Source: Negativicutes bacterium (GTDB lineage: Bacteria; Bacillota; Negativicutes; UBA1444). Taken from it: a stretch of 64,000 bases of DNA. The translations under genes were made by a program, and so were the position numbers. How positions within the stretch are numbered: the stretch's first letter is position 1; every line of letters begins with the position of its first letter. Where the stretch lies: assembly GCA_963665275.2 (NCBI GenBank), contig CAXXIN010000007.1:416001-480000 (forward strand), in the 5' to 3' direction. Under the pieces are notes generated by a model. The model was not told where the DNA came from and ran no database searches. It worked only from the letters and a program-made list of their open reading frames with translations. Below are positions 51,473-64,000 of this stretch, piece by piece.

Positions 51473-51778
51473 TCAGTTGATTCGCATTCGGTTTTTCTGG
51501 TCCATAAACTGTTGAAATTCATCCAGTAGTTTATTATGGCCCAAAAATTCGAACAAATATTTAGTCATTGTTCGGGCTTCCAACAGATGTCCTTCAATCT
51601 CATCAAGGCTTTGACTAATCGCCTCGCATTCCTGGCTAGCCTGAACAAAACTTTGCATCGCCATCGGGAACAGTTGTCGCACCACGTCTTCGGCGTTCAA
51701 TTCACCCCGGTTCATCCGGCGGACGATCGCATCCATCTTTTCAGACAGTTCATGTGTCTTGCTGGTCGTTCGGCTCAT
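51473..51778 (-). CDS. Hypothetical helical protein (101 aa)
   Basis: SD AAGGAGG before ATG 51778, SigH-like promoter upstream, terminator downstream. Confidence 0.7.
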   Translation of the reverse strand: MSRTTSKTHELSEKMDAIVRRMNRGELNAEDVVRQLFPMAMQSFVQASQECEAISQSLDEIEGHLLEARTMTKYLFEFLGHNKLLDEFQQFMDQKNRMRIN

Positions 51779-52046
51779 GGCGCCTCCTTCCCTCATCGGC
51801 TGAGTGATGGGTGATTTTTTTGGTTTTTATTAATTCGACAACGCCTACGCGATATTCCTGCAGGAAAAGGCTGGAATATTCTATTTATGAGAGGAACTCT
51901 CTCGATAAACATCGAATAGTTTCTTAATTAAGACGAAACATGGCTGTTCCAAGGCCTTTGGATGTTTTCAGGAACCTAGCAGTTCTTTCATAAGGTAAGA
52001 ATAACTCCATTCTCTTCTTTCTGGCAAGGCAAACGGGAGGTGTCTA

Positions 52047-54738
52047 ATGAAACTGATACAATTGACTATTGACGGAATAGCCGTGATAACGGCTCCGGGA
52101 ACCACTGTGCTTGAAGCAGCCCGCCAAGCCGGCATTCGAATTCCGACCCTTTGTCATCTGCCTGATCTCAGCCCTGAAGGGGCTTGTCGTCTTTGCGTCG
52201 TACAAATTGAAGGAATGCGAACTCTCGCGGCTTCTTGCGTGCAACCTGTTGCAGAAGGAATGGCGGTCAGGACCCACGCGCCAGAGGTTCTGGAAGCCCG
52301 TAGGCTAGTTCTTGAACTCATCTTGTCCAATCATCCGACAGACTGTTTTTCCTGCAGCCGCAACCTCAACTGCGAGCTTCAGACACTTGCTACCGAACTT
52401 GGTGTTAAAACGCCTCGTTTTCCAGGCCGAAAAAGGCATTATCCGAGGATTGATGATACAAATCCTTTCATCGTTAGGGACAATGAAAAATGCATTCTCT
52501 GCGGACGTTGTGTTAGAACGTGCCAGGAATTGCAATCCTGCAATGTCCTGGACTTCACAGGCCGTGGTTTTGATGTGAAAGTGGCTCCTGCCTTTGATAC
52601 GCCTACGCACGAATCGGATTGTGTATTCTGCGGAGCTTGCGTATCCGCCTGTCCTGTTGGTGCTCTAACCGAAAAAGAGCTTTGCCTGGAAGGACGTCCT
52701 GATAAGAAAGTGCGTACTACCTGTCCATTTTGCGGTGTCGGCTGCAATTTTGACCTGAACGTAAAAGAAAATCGGATTATCGGCGTTACCTCGAACCCTG
52801 ACAGTCCGGTCAACGGCAGGTTACTTTGCGTGAAAGGACGTTTTGGAATCGATTATGTCCATAGCCCCAACCGCTTGACCACACCATTGATTCGTAAGAA
52901 TGATAAACTAGAGCCAGCGTCCTGGGATGAGGCCCTTGCTCTCGTAGCCGAACGCTTTGCGCTGACAAAGCAGGCCCATGGGCCCGATTCCATAGCAGCG
53001 TTCAGTTCTGCCCGCTGTACTAATGAAGAAAACTATATCCTGCAAAAATTCATGCGCGCGGTGATTGGCACCAACAGTATTGACCACTGCGCCCGCACCT
53101 GACACAGTCCCACCGTGGCCGGTCTGGTCACAGCTTTTGGTTCAGGAGCCATGACAAATTCAATCGGTGAAATCGCCGACAGTTCTATGTTCTTTGTTAT
53201 CGGCTCCAATCCTTCGGAAGCCCATCCAGTCATTGCAGCCAAAATGCGTCAGGCACGCAGAAAAGGAGCCGGTCTCATCGTTGTCGACCCTCGAAAAACC
53301 GAGCTGGCCGCAATGGCTGATATCTGGCTGCGCCTGAAACCCGGTACCGATGTGGCCCTGCTTAACGGCTTGATGCATATCATCATCCGGGATGGACTCC
53401 ATGACGCAGATTTTATCGAGCACTGCACCAGCGGCTTTGCGGCTATGGCCGCTACGGTTAAGAGCTATACCCCAGAAAGGGCTGCGGATATCACCGGAGT
53501 CGATATCGCACTTTTGGAAAAGGCAGCCCATCTGTATGCCCAGTCTGAAAGGGCCCAGATTTTCTATACCCTGGGCATCACGGAGCATTGCTGGGGAACC
53601 GACAATGTTCTCTCCATCGCCAACCTCGCCATGCTTACAGGAAATATCGGCAAGCCATCTTCCGGGGTCAACCCACTGCGCGGCCAAAATAATGTGCAGG
53701 GAGCCTGCGATATGGGAGCCCTGCCTGATGTCCTACCCGGTTACAAGAAGGTATCTGACGACGACGAACGGGCTCGCTTTAGCCGTGCTTGGAACGTCCT
53801 CCTTCCATCTATTCGTGGTTTTACCATACCGGAAATGTTCACAGCAGCCATCGCCGGCGAAGTTAAAGCCATGTACATCGTCGGTGAAAACCCTGTACTT
53901 TCGGACGCCAATGCAAATCACGTACGCAAAGCTTTAAATGCGCTGGATTTTCTGGTGGTTCAGGATATTTTTCTTACCGAGACAGCCCAGCTGGCGGATG
54001 TCGTACTCCCTGCAGCCAGCTTCGCGGAAAAAGAAGGCACATTCACCAATACAGAAAGAAGAATTCAACGTGTTCGTAAAGCCGTCGCTCCCCCCGGATG
54101 CAGCCGAACTGACCTTGAGATCATCGTTGAGCTATCCAAACGAATGGGTTATGAAATGCCAAGCACTGAACCCGAAGCAGTTATGAGCGAAATCGCCTCA
54201 CTTACAGGAATCTATCATGGAGTATCCTATGCGAGGCTTGAAAAAAACGGTCTGCAATGGCCAGTCCCTTCCCCTGAACATCCCGGCACCCAATATCTGC
54301 ATGAAAATGGACATTTTACCTGCGGGTTGGGTTGGTTCACCCCTGTACCATCACCCGCCGGCAGAAGGACCAGACGAGGATTATCCGCTAGTCCTCACCA
54401 CTGGCAGAAGGCTATATCACTACAATGTCAGTACGTTCGGAAAATCCATGGCCTTGTCGGCGCATCTATCGGAAGAACGGCTATGGATCAATCCGCACGA
54501 TGCCGCCGCCCTCTCTTTGACCGATGAATGTACAGCACTTATTTCTTCGCGCCGCGGCGAAGTCAAGGCACGTGCATGGGTGACGGAGGACGTTCCGCCC
54601 GGATTGGTATGGATGTCCTTTCATTTCCCCGATGCGCCCACCAACGATATCACTAACGATGCCGGCGACCAGGTCACGGGAACCTACGAGTACAAAGTCT
54701 GCGCCGTCAAAGTGCAACGAGTGGAAACGAGTCCCTGA
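52047..54738 (+). CDS. fdhF: Selenocysteine-containing formate dehydrogenase alpha subunit (in-frame TGA 53100-53102; frameshift near 54350)
   Basis: N-terminal 2Fe-2S/4Fe-4S module, CPFCGVGC, active site DHCART-U-HSPTV, LRGQNNVQGACDMG, C-terminal YKVCAV. Confidence 0.93.
53115..53131 (+). promoter_or_regulatory. Bacterial SECIS hairpin
   Basis: GTGGCC-GGTCT-GGTCAC stem-loop starting 12 nt after the in-frame TGA; G-initiated apical loop. Confidence 0.8.
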
Positions 54739-54818
54739 GACATATTGACGGCTTCATCTGAAAAGATTATCCGCAGCCTGGAAGCAGCTAAGGCATTGCA
54801 AGATATAAACGCATATAA

Positions 54819-54863
54819 ACAAAGCAAAACCCTTCTGTCTTGGACAGAAGGGTTTTGCTTTGT
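54819..54863. terminator. rRNA operon / fdh bidirectional terminator
   Basis: 21-bp perfect inverted repeat ACAAAGCAAAACCCTTCTGTC-TTG-GACAGAAGGGTTTTGCTTTGT. Confidence 0.85.
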
Positions 54864-54867
54864 AGAA

Positions 54868-54983
54868 ACCGGCGACGACCTACTCTCCCAGGCCGTTTCC
54901 AACCAAGTACCCTCGGCGCATGGGGGCTTAACTGCCGTGTTCGGGATGGGAACGGGTGGAACCCCCCAGCCATCATCACCGGA
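54868..54983 (-). rRNA. rrf: 5S rRNA
   Basis: Minus strand contains CCATCCCGAACACGGCAGTTAAGC and GGGAGAGTAGGTCGTCGCCGG; ends approximate. Confidence 0.95.
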
Positions 54984-55043
54984 TATAGAGGGATGTACCC
55001 TCACAACTGCATAGAAGAGGAACTTGTAAACAAAGGGTGTGCG

Positions 55044-57971
<2,928 letters not shown>

Positions 57972-58086
57972 CATCTTTTGATCCACCCTCGGCAGGATAG
58001 ATCAAAAGCTCACTTTTCTTCGCTTTACTTATTGCCTCTTCTTATGCAGTTGTCAAGGTGCATCTGAGTGGAACAAAAAAATAAGA

Positions 58087-58162
58087 TGGTGGAGACAAGG
58101 AGGATCGAACTCCTGACCTCCTGCTTGCAAGGCAGGCGCTCTCCCAGCTGAGCTATGCCCCC
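58087..58162 (-). tRNA. tRNA-Ala(TGC)
   Basis: GGGGGCATAGCTCAGCTGGGAGAGCGCCTGCCTTGCAAGCAGG...CCACCA, 76 nt. Confidence 0.97.
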
Positions 58163-58168
58163 ATAAGT

Positions 58169-58245
<77 letters not shown>

Positions 58246-58370
58246 GCTTTGTGCCCTATTTTTAGTTCCCTCAAAACTGAACAAAGAGTGGATACGGCCG
58301 AGATAAGTCTCGCGTTTATCCGTGAGCTGCATCTTAGCGTGGTGTGGCAGTGTCATCTGCCGGGTCTCCA

Positions 58371-59919
<1,549 letters not shown>

Positions 59920-60051
59920 TAATTTATGAAAGAGCTGATTGCTCATTCAAACTTGGCTTCTTATTTTCGCCCTGCTTTCACAGGGCCCACGCTATTTCTT
60001 GCTCTCTTTGTTCAGTTTTCAAGGAACTCGCTGTCTCTCGACGGCTTGTAT

Positions 60052-60081
60052 ATATTAACACGACCGCCAAGGGGGTGTCAA
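60052..60081 (-). promoter_or_regulatory. Sigma-A promoter of the rRNA operon
   Basis: Minus strand TTGACA-N18-TAATAT with TG extension; leader contains the processing-stem sequence CCTTGAAAACTGAAC. Confidence 0.75.
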
Positions 60082-60100
60082 CACCCCTTTTGAACTTTTT

Positions 60101-61048
60101 TCACAAAAACTTTTTGACCGCTGATCCGTTCAGATAAGTACAGCGTTTCCCCTGCCATGTGTCCAATTCCGCCATCCGCTTTTCGATACTCTCCCGGATC
60201 CGCCACCAACCCTTGCTCCAGTTAGTGAACAGCGTGTTTTCCTCCGGCGCCCGCCCGATCAGTCGCTGCAGGGCGATGTCCGGTGAAAGGTGCTCCAGAA
60301 AAGCGACGGCGCGTTCCACATACTCCTCGCAGCTTCCCAGTTCCACTTCTCCCGCTTCATACATCTGGGCCAACCGAGTGCCTTTCACCACATAGAGCGC
60401 GTGCAGCTTCACCTGCTCCACCTTTAAAGCCGACAATATCTTGGCGCCCTCAACAACGTCAATCATTGCGTCGCCCGGCAGATTCAGAATCATGTGCGCG
60501 CATACACCGATCCCCAGTCGCGAAGCCCTGAGCGTCGCGTCGATAAATTCCGCCAGGCCATGCCCGCGGTTGATCCAGGCCAGCGTTCGATAATTGACGG
60601 TTTGCAACCCCAGCTCCAGGGTGATATCCACTCCCCGTCGCTCGCGCAGCTCCGCAAGAATTTCCAGGTAACGATCATTCACGCAGTCGGGCCGCGTCGC
60701 TACCGCCACTCCCACGATATCCGGCTGGCAGGCTTCCTCCACCAACGCCGCGAATTGCTCAGGCGGCAGGTAGGTGTTCGAAAAATTCTGCAGATAGGCA
60801 ATGAATTTCCCGGCTTTGTATTTCCCTTCTATATGAAGACGATTAGCTGCGATCTGCTCCGTCACCGTCATCGTGTCAGGCAGGTTCTCATAACCGGCGC
60901 CGATGACCCCGCAAAATATACAGCCGCCGATCCCGCACGTTCCGTCCCGATTGGGGCAGGTCACCGGCAGAGCGACTGGCAGTTTATAAACCTTCTCGCC
61001 ATAGCGGCGTCGAAAAAAGTCAGAAATCATAAAATATCGCGAATTCAA
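60101..61048 (-). CDS. TIGR01212-family radical SAM protein (YhcC/YtqA-like)
   Basis: CPNRDG...GGCIFC, YLQNFSNTY, TRPDC, ELGLQT, INRGH, KLH. Confidence 0.9.
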   Translation of the reverse strand: MNSRYFMISDFFRRRYGEKVYKLPVALPVTCPNRDGTCGIGGCIFCGVIGAGYENLPDTMTVTEQIAANRLHIEGKYKAGKFIAYLQNFSNTYLPPEQFAALVEEACQPDIVGVAVATRPDCVNDRYLEILAELRERRGVDITLELGLQTVNYRTLAWINRGHGLAEFIDATLRASRLGIGVCAHMILNLPGDAMIDVVEGAKILSALKVEQVKLHALYVVKGTRLAQMYEAGEVELGSCEEYVERAVAFLEHLSPDIALQRLIGRAPEENTLFTNWSKGWWRIRESIEKRMAELDTWQGKRCTYLNGSAVKKFL

Positions 61049-62805
61049 TTTTCATCCTCCATCGGCAATTCATCCGGTGTCAATACATGCCACACGGGTC
61101 TTTTTAGTTCGGTGTTGAACAATACCGGCGTCAGCGCATTATCCGCCCATTCGCCGGTTGCAATCCATTGCGGCACATTTGCATTGAAAACCTCGACCGG
61201 GTACTTGCGTTTTACATCCCGCCAGTTCGTAAAGTAGTAGTGCGAGATATAACGGCGCACCAGACTTTCATTCTTCCAGAAAGCGGATTTAGGCCGTTCC
61301 CAGCGATCACGGTTCCAATCCAGCGCCTCGCCTTTCAACGCGCCGGATGTATCCAGCAGAGTATCGAACTTCAACAACTCTTTCACCCTCGCATGCTGCT
61401 CTGCAGATAAATTTTCGGCAAAGCGCAGCAGCAGCGACAGAACACCCTCCGGGCTGTGAGATTTTCCTGAAAACCCCTGACGATCCCACCAATTGGATAG
61501 TTCATTGTAAAAATCGAATGCATTTCCAGCAAAGGCTGTCGTCAAATAGGACAACGTATACACGAACCGGCCGCTGTTATAAGTTTGGTTGAATACTTCC
61601 TCGAGTAATTTTAACTGACGCACTTCTTTATAAGAGAGAAAGTTATTAGCCAAAATCTCATAAGGAGGATGATCCAGAACTACATATCCATATTCCAGCG
61701 CTTCCTGCCGAATTTTCGTGCCAGGCAATAATTTGAGGAAACCGATCTGAAGCATGTCCGGTTTCAACGCATATACATCATTGAATGACTGTCGGAAACG
61801 ATGCCAATTTTCGTACGGCAGACCGACGATCAAGTCCAGATGAAGATGAATGTTGCCGGTTCGCAGCAAGCTCCGCACATTTTCCTGCAACCGCCCCCAT
61901 GCATTGCTGCGTCCGATGGCAAGCAAAGTTTCCTCACAAGTCGATTGTACACCGATTTCAAACTGGAACCGGCCCAGCACGACGCCGGCCAGCCAGTCTA
62001 TATCTTCCCTGCTCAAAAGATCGGCCACGATTTCGAAATGAAAATCCGTCGAACCGGCCTCTGCAGAAATAAACCGCCATATCTTCCGGTAATATTCAGG
62101 GTTTACGTTAAAAGTCCGGTCGACGAATTTCACTTGCTTGACACCTTGCTGGATAAAAAAACGAAGCTCTGCGATAACCTTCTCTACGCTGCGGTAACGG
62201 ACGCCGCAAGTAGTCGATGACACGCAATAAGAGCAGGAAAAAGGGCACCCTCGGGAACTTTCATAATAAATGATGCGGTTTGCCAGTCCGGGCATCATCT
62301 CAGCCTGATAGGGAAACGGCAAATTGTCGAGGTTGCCAACCAATCGGACGCCGCCGTTGGTTTCTATCTCCCCATCGTTGCGGATCGCTATCCCTTTCAC
62401 TTTGGTGGGATCGGCGCCGTGAGCAAGTTTCGTCAACAACTCCGGCACACTTTCCTCGCCTTCTCCCTGCACCACGAAATCCACCGATGGGTTTTGACGC
62501 AATATTGTCGCGGCATCACCGGACGCTTCGGGGCCACCGATAACAATCGCGACTTCCGGCAGCACTTTTTTCAACGCCGCTGTTATCTTTAAAACCATTT
62601 CACGATTCCAGATATAGCAGACGATCCCGACGACTGTTGGTTCGCACCCGACAATATCGCCCAATATATAAAGCAATTCCTGATTAATGGTGTATTCCAC
62701 CACTTCGCCCTCATGGCCCAGGTCATGACAAGATGCCTGGAGTGAATACAACGCCAGCGAAGAATGAATATATTTCGCGTTAAGTCCAACGAACAAGATT
62801 TTCAA
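61045..62805 (-). CDS. B12-binding radical SAM protein with DUF4080-like C-terminus
   Basis: LNAKYIHSSLAL, CYIWN, YESSRGCPFSCSYC, KFVDRTFN, HLDLIVGLP. Confidence 0.88.
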   Translation of the reverse strand: MKILFVGLNAKYIHSSLALYSLQASCHDLGHEGEVVEYTINQELLYILGDIVGCEPTVVGIVCYIWNREMVLKITAALKKVLPEVAIVIGGPEASGDAATILRQNPSVDFVVQGEGEESVPELLTKLAHGADPTKVKGIAIRNDGEIETNGGVRLVGNLDNLPFPYQAEMMPGLANRIIYYESSRGCPFSCSYCVSSTTCGVRYRSVEKVIAELRFFIQQGVKQVKFVDRTFNVNPEYYRKIWRFISAEAGSTDFHFEIVADLLSREDIDWLAGVVLGRFQFEIGVQSTCEETLLAIGRSNAWGRLQENVRSLLRTGNIHLHLDLIVGLPYENWHRFRQSFNDVYALKPDMLQIGFLKLLPGTKIRQEALEYGYVVLDHPPYEILANNFLSYKEVRQLKLLEEVFNQTYNSGRFVYTLSYLTTAFAGNAFDFYNELSNWWDRQGFSGKSHSPEGVLSLLLRFAENLSAEQHARVKELLKFDTLLDTSGALKGEALDWNRDRWERPKSAFWKNESLVRRYISHYYFTNWRDVKRKYPVEVFNANVPQWIATGEWADNALTPVLFNTELKRPVWHVLTPDELPMEDEN

Positions 62806-62914
62806 GCCTTATCCTCCCGCATCCGGTAATAGCCTTTTTCATCAGCCTGTATTATCATTATATTATATACTGAAACAAGATAAGCAAAGTAACACAAAAG
62901 GAGTGTAACCATTC

Positions 62915-64000
62915 ATGCGCAAAAACCAATCTCCCTTTTTCGCCCTGCTGGTCGGTGCCATGCTATTCTCATGCACCAGCGGAGAATCCGCCGAAGCGTC
63001 AAAGCTGCCGGCACGAAACGAGGTCCCGACGGAATCCCGCTGGAAGCTCGAAGATATTTATGCCTCAGACGACGCCTGGAAAAGCGATTTTGACCGTCTG
63101 AAGCCCATGGCTGCTCAAATTGCCGCCTATCAAGGAAAGTTGGACACATCCGCCGAAACATTGCTGGAATGTCTCACGCTGCGTGACGAACTCGGCATCA
63201 CCAGCGGCAAGGTTTTCGCCTACGCCCGCATGAGACGCGATGAAGATACCGCCAACAGCAATTATCAGGCGATGACCAGCCGCACCGAAAGTCTGCTGGC
63301 TGAAGTGGGCGCCGCAACCGCCTTCATTGAACCCAACATTTTATCGATGCCTGCCGAAAAGCTGACCGCATTCCGCCAGAGCGAGCCCAAGCTAGCTCCT
63401 TATGCCTTTTACTTTGAAAACCTATTGCGGCAGCAAAAACATGTCCTTTCACCCGCCGAAGAAGCATTGCTCTCAAAAATGTCGGAAGTCGGCCAATCCT
63501 CTGAAAATATCTTCACGATGCTCGCCCGGGCTGACATGAAATTCCCTGAAGTAAAAGATGATAAAGGAAATATGGTGCAGCTTAGCGAAGGCCGTTACCG
63601 CACGTTCGTGATGTCGCCGAACCGCAGTGTCCGACAAGAAGCCTTCCAAAAGCTCTTCGCCACTTATGCACAGTACCGCAACACGTTCGCGTCAACCCTT
63701 GGCGGCACTGTCAAGAAAAACATGTTCTACGCCAGCGCCCGCAAATACGACTCCGCGATAGCGGCGGCGCTGGAATCCGATAATGTACCGGTTTCCGTCT
63801 ATGACCGCCTGATCGGGACAGTCAACGAAAACCTCGCGCCGTTGCATCGCTATGTCGCCTTAAAGAAAAAAGCCCTCCAGCTCAGCGAAATGCACATGTA
63901 CGACCTCTATGTCCCACTCGTTCCTGATGCTCACATCGCGATGACTTATGATGAAGCACGTGCACTTGTAAAGCAAGGCCTCACACCCTTGGGCGATGAG
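62915..64000 (+). CDS. pepF: Oligoendopeptidase F (M3B) with N-terminal signal peptide, 3' truncated by window edge
   Basis: Absent from the ORF track because no stop occurs in the window. SD AAGGAG; reads MRKNQSPFFALLVGAMLFSC...RNEVPTESRWKLEDIYASDDAW...HVLSPAEE...MHMYDLYVPL. Confidence 0.88.
   Translation, partial: MRKNQSPFFALLVGAMLFSCTSGESAEASKLPARNEVPTESRWKLEDIYASDDAWKSDFDRLKPMAAQIAAYQGKLDTSAETLLECLTLRDELGITSGKVFAYARMRRDEDTANSNYQAMTSRTESLLAEVGAATAFIEPNILSMPAEKLTAFRQSEPKLAPYAFYFENLLRQQKHVLSPAEEALLSKMSEVGQSSENIFTMLARADMKFPEVKDDKGNMVQLSEGRYRTFVMSPNRSVRQEAFQKLFATYAQYRNTFASTLGGTVKKNMFYASARKYDSAIAAALESDNVPVSVYDRLIGTVNENLAPLHRYVALKKKALQLSEMHMYDLYVPLVPDAHIAMTYDEARALVKQGLTPLGDE

Noticed and set aside
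51862-52046. Possible Moco/Wco riboswitch upstream of fdhF
   Set aside because: I could not match the conserved Moco-motif elements by eye; an Infernal/Rfam scan would settle it.

Overview
Core-genome window from an anaerobic Firmicute, most likely Negativicutes/Sporomusaceae (inferred from gene content and a Firmicutes-type rRNA operon). It holds about 50 genes for anaerobic redox metabolism, transport, amino-acid metabolism and signalling, plus a complete minus-strand rRNA operon (16S, tRNA-Ile, tRNA-Ala, 23S, 5S). I saw no CRISPR array, IS element or prophage. Ten genes are split by single-base indels, often in homopolymers and including the normally essential asnS, which points to long-read assembly error rather than real pseudogenes. 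The best candidate for an undescribed system is a translationally coupled tatA / Tat-signal polyferredoxin / AOR-family oxidoreductase operon (9203-11921) whose large subunit has GPGYS in place of the canonical GPEYE catalytic motif. Other highlights: a TIGR04190-like B12 radical SAM gene next to a D,D-carboxypeptidase, a selenocysteine formate dehydrogenase with a visible SECIS, a TSCCCP-type [FeFe]-hydrogenase, a tandem-rhodanese/NrfD module, a sensor-PAS-PP2C-HATPase fusion, an unannotated 29-aa basic peptide, and recurring SigH-like promoters. All family calls come from motif recognition by eye; no database searches were run.
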